From assembly GCA_964229335.1 (NCBI GenBank), contig CAXRCZ010000004.1, forward strand, positions 128,001-192,000: DNA of 64,000 nt. The letters run 5' to 3'. How positions within the stretch are numbered: the stretch's first letter is position 1; each line of letters opens with the position of its first letter. The notes beneath the pieces are model-generated. The model was not told the origin of the DNA, did no database searches, and saw nothing but the letters and a program-made list of their open reading frames with translations. This DNA comes from Minisyncoccia bacterium (GTDB taxonomy: Bacteria; Patescibacteriota; Minisyncoccia; Phycocordibacterales; UBA918). Below, in pieces: positions 27,838 to 36,966 of the stretch. A program made the translations under genes and the position numbers.

Positions 27838-28497
27838 ATGAAGATAATAGTAATGATTGGAGCGTTGCTTATTGCACCGCTTACAACACTCGCCCATGAC
27901 GGCGACCACGTTGTTACCGCGTGGTACCAAGACCCATACACGATTGGTTTGTTGGTTGTAGGACTGGCAACGCTTGGTTTGCTTGGATATGGTTTCTTTG
28001 CAAAAAAGAGATCATTTACCACTATTCCAACCATCGCCTTAGTGATGATCGCAGTTATTGGACTCACCGGACTTGGTCAAAATAGCACACCGTATGAACC
28101 ACAGCTTGCTGTCGCTGACTTTGGCGCTGGAGAAACCGTTACACTTTATAAAAGCCCTAATTGTGGCTGTTGTACCGGACATGCAAAGGCGCTAGAAGAA
28201 GCTGGCTTTAACGTGGATATAGTTGAAACAAACAATCTTGACGAGATTAAAAGTACACAGAACATTCCGTCAGATGGAGCAAGTTGTCACACCTCACTCA
28301 TTGGCGATTATGTAGTTGAGGGCCACGTTCCTTTGGAAGCAATTGAGAAGTTGCTTACTGAAAAACCTGACGTAGCTGGTATTGGACTCCCAGGTATGCC
28401 TATCGGAACGCCTGGTATGCCAGGCCGGAAAACAGCACCATATGAGGTATACCAGCTATCAGCAGACGGACAAACGTCACCATATATGACGATCTAA
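27838..28497 (+). CDS. DUF411 (CopG-like) protein with N-terminal TMs
   Basis: AHDGDH after signal; YKSPNCGCC, SCHT, EGHVP, GMPIGTPGM. Confidence 0.9.
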   Translation: MKIIVMIGALLIAPLTTLAHDGDHVVTAWYQDPYTIGLLVVGLATLGLLGYGFFAKKRSFTTIPTIALVMIAVIGLTGLGQNSTPYEPQLAVADFGAGETVTLYKSPNCGCCTGHAKALEEAGFNVDIVETNNLDEIKSTQNIPSDGASCHTSLIGDYVVEGHVPLEAIEKLLTEKPDVAGIGLPGMPIGTPGMPGRKTAPYEVYQLSADGQTSPYMTI

Positions 28498-28518
28498 TTA
28501 GTAAAACAAGTAAAGATT

Positions 28519-30321
28519 ATGAAATATATAAGTATTGCGGTACTCGCGCTCATCCTCATTGGTGGAGGAGTGTGGTACTACACAAATAACATGCATTCCA
28601 TGATGAATATGGACGGCATGATGATGGGGCAAGAAATCCCGGAAAAAGAAAATTTATCAATCCTGCATGACTCGGACGTACCAGAGGTACAGCCGATGGA
28701 AATCGTAGAATTGAATGACGGCGATACGTATGACATGACCGCTTCAATCGTTAAACAAAAGGTTGGTAATCGAGAAATCAAGCGATTGGCGTACAATAAC
28801 CAGATCCCGGGCCCGGTGTTGAAAGTAGAAAAAGGTTCAGAGATCACAGTAAACTTCACTAACAACATCGACATGGAAACTGCCTTACACGCACACGGAT
28901 TGCGCGGTGATTGGCGTATGGACGGTGCCGTGCCGATTACACCACCAGTTGAAATTGGTGAGACCTTCAGTTATCAGCTTGAGTTTAAAGATACTGGTGT
29001 CTTTTGGTACCACCCACACGTACGAGAAGACTACCAGCAAGATATGGGGCTATACGGTAATTTTGCGGTAACGGAAGACGGGTATTGGAGTGAAGTAGAC
29101 CAAGAAGCCTACCTAATCGTCGACGACATCCTCGAAGACGGTGAATACAGTAGTGAAGTAGTGACGCATACACTTATGGGTCGCTTCGGAGACAAGCTAC
29201 TCATTAATGACAGCGAAGACTACAATCTCACCGTGAAGCAAGGAGAGATTACCCGTGCCTTCATCACGAACGTAGCGAATACTCGTACTTTCAAGCTAGA
29301 GTTCGAGGGTGCACAAATGAAACTGGTTGGTGGCGATGTCGGCCGGATTGAGCAGGAAGAAATGATTGACCACCAAATTATTGGTACGTCTGAACGCTAC
29401 ATCATTGAGCTCTACTATGACACACCAGGTACGTATTCAATCGTACATCGAGGACAAGAAATGGGTACTGTGACTGTTGAGCCATCAGACACCGATCGTC
29501 TTAGTGAGTTTGAAGTGTTGCGAAACAATGCTGCTGACTATGCAGAATTCCGTAACCAAGCAGCTGCGCTCTTAGCTAAGACACCAGACAAGAATCTCCG
29601 TCTTGATATTGAGATGAAAGGCATGATGGGTGACATGATGATGCAAGAAGGCGGTATGGGCATGATGGGCGATGATGAGATGGTTAATCTCATGGGAATG
29701 GAAATGAATCGTCAGCAAGCTATCGAGCATTGTGAGATGATGCCGAACATGGCTGGTTGTGAACCGTTCTTCAATGCTGAAGAAGAATCTGGCACAATCA
29801 TGTTGATGGGTATGGAGATGACTGAAGAACAAGCGATCGAACACTGCCAGATGATGCCAAATATGGCGGGTTGTGAGCCGTATTTAGACAGTGAAGCTAC
29901 CGAGGAAGAGCCACACAGTGAAGACGGTATCGAGTGGGAAGACGATATGGCCATGATGAACCAAATGAGTACCGACGACACCATAGAATGGGTCTTAGAG
30001 GACACTGATACCGGGTTACGCAATGGCGATATTGATTGGTCATTTGAAGTGGGTGACTTAGTGAAAGTCCGCATCTATAACGATGAGAATGGTATGCATC
30101 CAATGCAACACCCAATCCACTTCCACGGACAAAAGTTTGTGGTCTTAGCTAAAGATGGTGAACTGAATAACAATCTGCAGTGGAAAGACTCAGTCTTAAT
30201 TCCAGAAGGAGCAACGTATGATCTCTTGGTTGATATGGAAACACTCGGTAAATGGATGACGCATTGTCATATTGCTGAGCACTTAGATTCTGGAATGATG
30301 TTCCAGTTTGAGGTTAATTAG
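28519..30321 (+). CDS. Multicopper oxidase with Met-rich insert
   Basis: HAHG, WYHPH, HPIHFHG, HCHIAEHLDSGM. Confidence 0.93.
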   Translation: MKYISIAVLALILIGGGVWYYTNNMHSMMNMDGMMMGQEIPEKENLSILHDSDVPEVQPMEIVELNDGDTYDMTASIVKQKVGNREIKRLAYNNQIPGPVLKVEKGSEITVNFTNNIDMETALHAHGLRGDWRMDGAVPITPPVEIGETFSYQLEFKDTGVFWYHPHVREDYQQDMGLYGNFAVTEDGYWSEVDQEAYLIVDDILEDGEYSSEVVTHTLMGRFGDKLLINDSEDYNLTVKQGEITRAFITNVANTRTFKLEFEGAQMKLVGGDVGRIEQEEMIDHQIIGTSERYIIELYYDTPGTYSIVHRGQEMGTVTVEPSDTDRLSEFEVLRNNAADYAEFRNQAAALLAKTPDKNLRLDIEMKGMMGDMMMQEGGMGMMGDDEMVNLMGMEMNRQQAIEHCEMMPNMAGCEPFFNAEEESGTIMLMGMEMTEEQAIEHCQMMPNMAGCEPYLDSEATEEEPHSEDGIEWEDDMAMMNQMSTDDTIEWVLEDTDTGLRNGDIDWSFEVGDLVKVRIYNDENGMHPMQHPIHFHGQKFVVLAKDGELNNNLQWKDSVLIPEGATYDLLVDMETLGKWMTHCHIAEHLDSGMMFQFEVN

Positions 30322-30341
30322 TCTAAAGGTCAAAATTAACG

Positions 30342-30367
30342 CAAAAAGCCCTACCAGGGCTTTTTTG
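30342..30367 (+). terminator. Intrinsic terminator
   Basis: AAAAAGCCCT-ACC-AGGGCTTTTT after the MCO gene. Confidence 0.7.
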
Positions 30368-30382
30368 TTATGCTATGTAGAC

Positions 30383-30697
30383 ATGTTGCAACCCTTGATT
30401 CATTATTCGCTTCATTTTCTGTTTCCTGGGGCTTTGGCGTTTGCATTGTTTAGGGAGCGCTGGAAGCTTGTGTGGCTAATGTTGTTCACAACGATGTTGG
30501 TTGATTTAGATCATTTGGTAGCAGATCCTATATTCGACCCCAATCGATGTAGTATTGGTTTCCACCCACTTCACTCAGAAATTGCAATTGCTTTCTATTT
30601 AGTACTGTTACTTGTGCCAAATTTCTATGTGAGAGCTATTAGTGTTGGACTACTATTTCACATGCTGACCGATTGGTTAGACTGCCTTTGGCTATAA
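30383..30697 (+). CDS. DUF6122-like membrane protein
   Basis: HYSLH, VDLDHL..PIFDPNRCSIGFHPLHS. Confidence 0.75.
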   Translation: MLQPLIHYSLHFLFPGALAFALFRERWKLVWLMLFTTMLVDLDHLVADPIFDPNRCSIGFHPLHSEIAIAFYLVLLLVPNFYVRAISVGLLFHMLTDWLDCLWL

Positions 30698-30728
30698 CAA
30701 AAATAGCTCCGCATGGAGCTATTTTTGT
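30697..30728. terminator. Bidirectional terminator (CDS versus tRNA)
   Basis: ACAAAAATAGCTCC-GCAT-GGAGCTATTTTTGT. Confidence 0.85.
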
Positions 30729-30751
30729 ATGCTTCTCGTGCTAGCACTAAT

Positions 30752-30826
30752 TGGTGACCCTACGGAGAATCGAACTCCGATTTCCAGGATGAGAACCTGG
30801 CGTCCTAGCCGTTAGACGATAGGGCC
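30752..30826 (-). tRNA. tRNA-Glu (anticodon CTC)
   Basis: GGCCCTA acceptor, CCAGG-TTCTCAT-CCTGG anticodon arm, GTTCGATTC T-loop, encoded CCA; 75 nt. Confidence 0.97.
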
Positions 30827-30886
30827 TATTGGGCATAGTTATAGCAATTTTTACCCATTTTTAAAAGTTTCTATAGTTGGGTATGG

Positions 30887-31096
30887 ATGCCATTGCAAAT
30901 TTTTAGATATTTAGTAAAATCGCACGTTGAAATAACCAGGAGCTCTTTTATGAAAGGTGAGGATTTACCTACACCACCTACTTGGCTAAAGGGTTATGAA
31001 GCGCCGGATCCGTCCAAACCATGGACAATGGGTCTAGCTTATGCTGAGATAACCGAAGAAAATCGTTACTTACGTGAGCAGCGAAGAGGACAATAA
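30887..31096 (+). CDS. Small hypothetical protein
   Basis: TATAGT shortly upstream of the ATG; followed by terminator-like hairpin 31111-31145. Confidence 0.4.
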   Translation: MPLQIFRYLVKSHVEITRSSFMKGEDLPTPPTWLKGYEAPDPSKPWTMGLAYAEITEENRYLREQRRGQ

Positions 31097-31143
31097 CTTC
31101 TCACGAGCATAGAAAAGCCGCGGCCTGCTTAGGTCGCGGTTTT

Positions 31144-32988
31144 CTAATTAGTGGTTCGTATATTGTGCTTGATATCAAACCGAGGATTGACTTTTTTTCC
31201 AGGGTTAAAGATATCGTGAGGGTCAAAGATATGCTCTACGTCTTCAAATAGGCCGAGCATCTTTTTAGTAAACATTTTATTGAGATACGGAGTTCTGATG
31301 ATACCGTCATTGTGTTCACCACAGATATCACCGTCGTATTTGATGGCGGTATCATAAAAGGCATCAGCCATTTTTTCGATTAGTTTACCAGTTGTCTTAT
31401 TAGTGAAATCTAAAAGGGGATAGAAGTGAAAATGTCCATTACCACCATGACCATGAACAGCTGCAGTAACATTAAATTCTTTAAACAATCGTTTGATTTG
31501 TGTAAAGAACTTGGACAGATTTTCTGGTGGTACGGTCATGTCTTCTAAAAACGCTGCGGGACGCTTGGTAGTATCTTGGAATTTAGACAAGGTATAGCTG
31601 GCTCGTCTGATTTGCCAAAACATTTCAGCTTCAAACGGATTATTAACCACTCGCGCTTTTATACCTTTACTACTAATTCTCCTGACTATAGTGCTAGGCG
31701 AATGTTGCTTGGTTGTTTCTTCGTCGAGGGTAACTAAAACAACAAATTCTGGTGTCTTGCCACCATAGCGAACGTGATAGGTGGTATACATCGCTAGCAT
31801 GGCGCGTAGATAGGTGAGACCGGATAACCGCTGTTTAAAAAATTCAGGATTTTTCAGAGCCAACTGGTAGGTCAACGCATCAAAGATTTCTATATTCAAC
31901 GGGTTGTACTTCAGCGTCTTTACTATCGTGTCAGCCGCAGTAGTAAGGTCAAAAATCGGGATAGCGAGGAGGGTGTTTTTCTTTTGTATCGGCAGTGCCC
32001 GCATGGTGATACCGACAATCATGCCTAATGTACCTTGGCTACCAGCAATCAGTCGGGTGATATCAAAGGTACCTTCACCCTTAGCAAAGGCTCCAGCGCC
32101 GTCAGAAAAGACGTGCCACAGGGCATAGCCAGAAGAATTCTTTTTGGTTTTGGGTTTATTCTTGATAATCTCTTTCTCATTTTTGACAGCTAATTCATAA
32201 ATTTCTCGTACAATCCGTGCGTATTCAGTCTTTTGCTTAGCTACTTTTTTATATTCCTTATAAGTTAAAGGAGCGAAGGTGTAGGTCTGACCGTCAGATA
32301 AGACAACTTCAAGTGATTCTACCCAGTCAGCACAATGACCGTAGCGCAGTGAGTCTGGACCGGCGGCATTGTTGGCGACCGAACCACCGATGGTGCAGAT
32401 ATCCTTTGACGATGTGTATGGTGGTAGATATAGCCCTTTTTTAGCCAGTACCTTTTCCATATCGCGCCAATAAAGACCAGGTTCGCAGGTGAATGTGTAT
32501 TTCTTGCCTTTGCTTGTAATGTCACCCATGGCATTGAGGTGTTTTACGTCAATTACTACAGAGTCAGTCAATGAACCGCCAGACAATCCGGTACCAGCAG
32601 CGCGGGGAGTGAGCGAGAGAGAAGAGAAGCGTTGAGTCTCCTTTGCGACAACTTGGGTAGCGATTTCGACGTCTTTTCTATGGTTGGGAATTAATACAAC
32701 TTGTGGACGAATACAAAAAATACTCTCGTCAGTACTATACGATTCCAACACTTTTTTATTGGTAGAGATTTCACCTGTAAAGCCAGCTTCACGCAGTGAT
32801 TTCTCGAGGAGAAGGTGTCCCAATGGGTTGCGTTTCGTGGTGGTGGTAGTGCTAATGCGCTTGGCTACTATAGCTAGTGGTTCAGTCGTTTTTTTTGTTT
32901 GGCTACGTTTAGTTGACGCAGTTTTTTTACGAGTCGCATTTTTGGTAGACTTTTTGGCCTTAGCTTTTGGAGAAGAACGTTGCGGCAT
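31144..32988 (-). CDS. FAD-binding oxidoreductase (GlcD/D-lactate dehydrogenase family)
   Basis: PRAAGTGLSG, CTIGGSVANNAAG, GSQGTLG, GEHNDG, FDPHDIFNPGK. Confidence 0.9.
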   Translation of the reverse strand: MPQRSSPKAKAKKSTKNATRKKTASTKRSQTKKTTEPLAIVAKRISTTTTTKRNPLGHLLLEKSLREAGFTGEISTNKKVLESYSTDESIFCIRPQVVLIPNHRKDVEIATQVVAKETQRFSSLSLTPRAAGTGLSGGSLTDSVVIDVKHLNAMGDITSKGKKYTFTCEPGLYWRDMEKVLAKKGLYLPPYTSSKDICTIGGSVANNAAGPDSLRYGHCADWVESLEVVLSDGQTYTFAPLTYKEYKKVAKQKTEYARIVREIYELAVKNEKEIIKNKPKTKKNSSGYALWHVFSDGAGAFAKGEGTFDITRLIAGSQGTLGMIVGITMRALPIQKKNTLLAIPIFDLTTAADTIVKTLKYNPLNIEIFDALTYQLALKNPEFFKQRLSGLTYLRAMLAMYTTYHVRYGGKTPEFVVLVTLDEETTKQHSPSTIVRRISSKGIKARVVNNPFEAEMFWQIRRASYTLSKFQDTTKRPAAFLEDMTVPPENLSKFFTQIKRLFKEFNVTAAVHGHGGNGHFHFYPLLDFTNKTTGKLIEKMADAFYDTAIKYDGDICGEHNDGIIRTPYLNKMFTKKMLGLFEDVEHIFDPHDIFNPGKKVNPRFDIKHNIRTTN

Positions 32989-33036
32989 ATACCTAGTATA
33001 CCTAGTTGCCAGCCAGGCTTCCGCGTGGTGTCCACA

Positions 33037-33073
33037 TAAATATATAATTAATTATATATTTAATTATATAATT
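33037..33073. repeat. All-A/T 3x12-mer element, copy 1
   Basis: 28 bp identical to 59010-59037; includes a 26-bp perfect palindrome at 33037-33062. Confidence 0.75.
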
Positions 33074-33120
33074 CTTGCCCAACTATCTCTGTCCCGGCCC
33101 TTTGTGATATTCTAGAGACC

Positions 33121-34803
33121 ATGACGCAAGACAGAGCTCTTTCTATTCTCAAAACCGGTGCCAACGTCTTTTTGACTGGTGAACCGGGAGCAGGGAAGAC
33201 TCACGTAATTAATCAGTACATTGCTTGGCTCGAAGCAGCCAAACTCAAAGTAGCAGTGACAGCTTCGACCGGTATTGCCGCAACTCACATCGGCGGATTA
33301 ACCATTCATTCTTGGAGCGGGATTGGTATTAAGGATTCGCTTACCCCGTTTGATTTGGAGCAAATTATCGCTAGAGAAAAAGTCACCAAGCGCATGCAAG
33401 CCGCGCAGGTCTTAGTGATTGATGAGATATCAATGCTCGACGGAAAAATCCTCGATATGGTAGATAGGGTGTTACAAGCCGCTCGCAGCAACAAAGAGCC
33501 GTTTGGCGGAATCCAAGTGGTGTTTGTGGGAGACTTTTTCCAGTTGCCACCGGTCACCAGGCAAGGCGATGTGTTGCGCTATGCTTTTGAGTCACTCGTC
33601 TGGCAAAATGCCAAACCGCTGACTTGCTATATCACTGAGCAATATCGTCAAGAAGACGAAATTCTACTCTCACTCCTCAGTTCAATCAGGAAAAACGAAA
33701 TTGAAGAAGACCACTATACGTTACTGCAAGAACAAACTGATATTGCGTTTGAGCAACTGGAACCAACTCGTTTGTATACACATAATATAGACGTAGACAC
33801 AGTAAACAGTGAAAAGTTAGCAGAATTACCTGGTTACGCTCACACTTACAAAATGGAAGGCGTGGGACGCAAGCCGCTGGTAGAAAGCTTAAAGAAGAAC
33901 TGTCTCTCGCCTGAGACACTAGTACTGAAAGAAGACGCTATGGTGATGTGTACCAAGAATAATTTTGAAGCGGGGTATGTTAACGGTAGTTTAGGTAGAG
34001 TGGTGAGTTTTGAAGATGGGTATCCAGTGATTGAATTACTTGATGGTAAGCGCATTACTATCAAACCAGTATCGTGGGAAGTGATAGAAGATAAAAAGGT
34101 GTTAGCTGGCATAGAGCAATTACCGTTGCGACTAGCGTGGGCGATTACCGTTCACAAGAGTCAGGGTATGTCACTCGATGCAGCTGAAGTGGATTTATCA
34201 AAAGCCTTTGTGTATGGACAGGGATATGTAGCGTTATCTCGAGTAAGGAGCTTGGAGGGGTTGAAGGTAAACGGTATGCACCCCAACGCGCTGCAAGTTG
34301 ATCCAAAGGTAGTCGCACAAGACACGAGGTTTGTGGAAGATTCAGAAGCGGCGGACAGTGCGTTTGAAGCTATGGAAGAAGCAGAAGTAGAGAATATGCA
34401 TGAACGCTTTGTGGTAGCTAATGGAGGTGTAGTGCCGCAAGGTGAGATAGAACCAAAGGCTCCAAGTGAACGAATCAAACAGGAAAGCACCTTTGCTCTC
34501 ACTAAACAATTGCTAGAGGTAGGAAAGAGTTTAGCTGCTATCGCGAAAGAACGCTCGTTGACAGAGTCTACTGTCTGGAATCATATCGAACGGTTGGCGG
34601 AGGAGGGCGACATAAACCAATCACATATTGCTCACCTAGAGCCAAGTAACCCTGACTGGCAAGAAGTACAAGCAGAACTATATTCAATCATGGATAAAAT
34701 CGGCACAGACAAGCTGAAACCAATTTTCGAAGCGGCGGAAGAAAAATACGATTACAATTTGATTCGTTTAGGACGAGTTGAGTACCAGCTAGCCAAGCAG
34801 TAG
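33121..34803 (+). CDS. Pif1-family helicase with C-terminal HTH
   Basis: GEPGAGKT, TIHSWSG, DEISM, GDFFQLPPV, AITVHKSQG, YVALSR. Confidence 0.92.
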   Translation: MTQDRALSILKTGANVFLTGEPGAGKTHVINQYIAWLEAAKLKVAVTASTGIAATHIGGLTIHSWSGIGIKDSLTPFDLEQIIAREKVTKRMQAAQVLVIDEISMLDGKILDMVDRVLQAARSNKEPFGGIQVVFVGDFFQLPPVTRQGDVLRYAFESLVWQNAKPLTCYITEQYRQEDEILLSLLSSIRKNEIEEDHYTLLQEQTDIAFEQLEPTRLYTHNIDVDTVNSEKLAELPGYAHTYKMEGVGRKPLVESLKKNCLSPETLVLKEDAMVMCTKNNFEAGYVNGSLGRVVSFEDGYPVIELLDGKRITIKPVSWEVIEDKKVLAGIEQLPLRLAWAITVHKSQGMSLDAAEVDLSKAFVYGQGYVALSRVRSLEGLKVNGMHPNALQVDPKVVAQDTRFVEDSEAADSAFEAMEEAEVENMHERFVVANGGVVPQGEIEPKAPSERIKQESTFALTKQLLEVGKSLAAIAKERSLTESTVWNHIERLAEEGDINQSHIAHLEPSNPDWQEVQAELYSIMDKIGTDKLKPIFEAAEEKYDYNLIRLGRVEYQLAKQ

Positions 34804-34807
34804 TAAT

Positions 34808-35221
34808 ATGTGGTCGCGAAGGAGATATCGCCAGCGTGCGAGTACGGTAACGAAACATTATCAAGAGCATAAAGAAGTAGCGAGGCAATTAATCATCAGC
34901 CGCCTACATCACTATAATGAGCACTACAATTTGTCTTGGAACCGGGTAGCAATTCGCAACCAACGACGGTGTTGGGGGAGTTGTTCATCTAAAATGAACC
35001 TGAACTTCAGCTATAAATTATTGTTTCTCCCACCTCATTTGTGTGATTACGTCATTGTTCATGAGTTGTGCCATTTAAAAGAGTTAAATCACGGAGTGAA
35101 CTTTTGGAAACTAGTAGCCGAAACTTTACCCAATTATCAAGAGTTGGTTCGAGAACTCAAAATGATTGAACGACAAGGTTCTAGTATCGCCGCCCTTGAA
35201 GCTCGCTATCATTCTGCGTGA
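34808..35221 (+). CDS. YgjP/DUF45 (M48-like) metallo-hydrolase
   Basis: WGSCS, DYVIVHELCH...NH..FW. Confidence 0.88.
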   Translation: MWSRRRYRQRASTVTKHYQEHKEVARQLIISRLHHYNEHYNLSWNRVAIRNQRRCWGSCSSKMNLNFSYKLLFLPPHLCDYVIVHELCHLKELNHGVNFWKLVAETLPNYQELVRELKMIERQGSSIAALEARYHSA

Positions 35222-35234
35222 TACTATTCTAGGT

Positions 35235-35681
35235 ATGAACGATTATCAAAAACCAACTAAAGAAGAGTTAAAACAACAGCTCGATGAGTTGACCTACCGA
35301 GTCACTCAAGAGGGTGGTACTGAGGCATCTGGTAGTAGTTCGCTTGATAAGCATTATGAACCTGGTATTTATGTCGATGCGGTATCAGGAGAGCCTCTGT
35401 TCTCCTCGCGTGACAAATATGATTCTGGTAGTGGTTGGCCGTCGTTTACAAAACCAATCAAAAGCGATGTGGTAAAGGAGAAGCAAGATTTTACCCTAAT
35501 TGCACCCCGCACTGAAGTACGGTCGGCTCAGGCAGATAGTCATCTCGGACACGTGTTTAATGACGGGCCAAAAGAAAGTACCGGACTACGATATTGCATG
35601 AATGGGGCGGCGTTGCGTTTTGTACCAAAAGACGCTATGGAAGCAGAGGGGTATGGAGACTATTTATCAGAAGTTGAGTAG
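35235..35681 (+). CDS. msrB: Peptide-methionine (R)-S-oxide reductase
   Basis: SGSGWPSF, RTEV, HLGHVF.DGP, RYCMN. Confidence 0.95.
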   Translation: MNDYQKPTKEELKQQLDELTYRVTQEGGTEASGSSSLDKHYEPGIYVDAVSGEPLFSSRDKYDSGSGWPSFTKPIKSDVVKEKQDFTLIAPRTEVRSAQADSHLGHVFNDGPKESTGLRYCMNGAALRFVPKDAMEAEGYGDYLSEVE

Positions 35682-35730
35682 TCACTTTATGCTATGTCAC
35701 AAGGTGGCCTAATGTGCTAGCATAGTCATC

Positions 35731-36951
35731 ATGACAAAGCTTTTAGCTGCCAGTTTGCTGGTATTTACTTTCATGGGAGCCGGGTTTGTGCCAACGGCTA
35801 TTGCACAAGATGTTGTTGATGAAAATCAACCACCGGTCTACATGTTTGGCCGGGATGATTGTGGTTTTTGTAAAGCTCAGGTTGAGTTCATGACTGAGGA
35901 GGGGATTGCCTATGAATATTTAAATATTGTCGAAGATAATGAGGCGAAGGAGTTGTATGAAGCAGTGGCGACCAAGCATGAGCTCACTCGCGTCACACCA
36001 ATTACAGTTATAGGAGAAACTGTACTGTTAGGATTTGACAGTCCACGCACAACCGGTGAACAAATAAAATCAGCACTCAACCGAGCGCAAGGTTCAGATA
36101 TAGATACTATAGAAGAACATCTTGAACTTGCTCAGAAGCAATCCGGCCAAGCGGGCGGAGGTTGTACTGACGTATCATGTGCTGAAGGAGAAGGGCAGTT
36201 TAATTTTGACTTACCATTTGTCGGGGTGGTTGATTTGCGGAGTTTTTCATTATTCACCCTTTCTCTCGTGCTAGGTGTGATTGATGGATTCAATCCGTGT
36301 GCAATGTGGGTATTGATTACCTTCCTCACTTTGCTCTCGCAGGCAGGTAGCCGCAAAAAGATGGTTTTCTTGGCGGGAATATTTATCTTAGCGGAAGCAA
36401 TCATGTACAACCTGATTCTCAATGTCTGGTACAAGACATGGGATTTTGTCGCTCTTGACCAAATTGTAACTCCGCTGGTTGGGTTCTTAGCGCTCGGCGG
36501 AGGTTTGTTCTTCTTGTGGCGGTGGTACAAGAATAAGAACGCTCCATTAGTATGTGATATCAGTGACATAGAAACTCAAGCCAAAACAGTCGGGCGATTT
36601 AAAGCAATCATTGATCAGCCAATTACTCTTGCCACTCTGGCTGCTATCTTGGTTATTGCTTTCTCGGTAAACATTATTGAATTTGCTTGTTCTATCGGTA
36701 TTCCGCAGGCGTACACCAAGATATTGGAACTCAACTTGCTAAGTTTTGCCGAGAGACAGTGGTATATCCTTGTTTACACTCTTGGCTACATGTTCGATGA
36801 TCTGGTGGTCTTTGGTCTAGCGATTTGGGGGTACTCTAAGTTGCAATCGCACGGTGCAAAATATGCGCAACTATCGCTCCTTATTGGTGGCGGACTAATG
36901 CTACTTCTAGGAGCTCTGTTAGTGTTTGCGCCTGAATTATTGGTCTTATAA
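35731..36951 (+). CDS. Glutaredoxin domain plus CcdA/DsbD-like membrane protein
   Basis: CGFC, TP; DGFNPCAMWVL, EFACS. Confidence 0.8.
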   Translation: MTKLLAASLLVFTFMGAGFVPTAIAQDVVDENQPPVYMFGRDDCGFCKAQVEFMTEEGIAYEYLNIVEDNEAKELYEAVATKHELTRVTPITVIGETVLLGFDSPRTTGEQIKSALNRAQGSDIDTIEEHLELAQKQSGQAGGGCTDVSCAEGEGQFNFDLPFVGVVDLRSFSLFTLSLVLGVIDGFNPCAMWVLITFLTLLSQAGSRKKMVFLAGIFILAEAIMYNLILNVWYKTWDFVALDQIVTPLVGFLALGGGLFFLWRWYKNKNAPLVCDISDIETQAKTVGRFKAIIDQPITLATLAAILVIAFSVNIIEFACSIGIPQAYTKILELNLLSFAERQWYILVYTLGYMFDDLVVFGLAIWGYSKLQSHGAKYAQLSLLIGGGLMLLLGALLVFAPELLVL

Positions 36952-36966
36952 GCTATACTCATTAGT

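Larger units (their letters stand above)
1529..30751. mobile_element. Composite genomic island (metal/redox cargo plus serine-recombinase module) abutting the tRNA-Glu 3' end; left boundary approximate
   Basis: Serine recombinase, ParB-MTase, phage-like ORFs, dense metal-resistance genes and att-like repeats at the left end; housekeeping genes on both sides. Confidence 0.65.

Noticed and set aside
4305-31107. CTTCTCACGAG shared by the terminator at 4305-4315 (reverse) and 31097-31107
   Set aside because: An 11-bp match is expected by chance in 64 kb, and the flanks are unrelated
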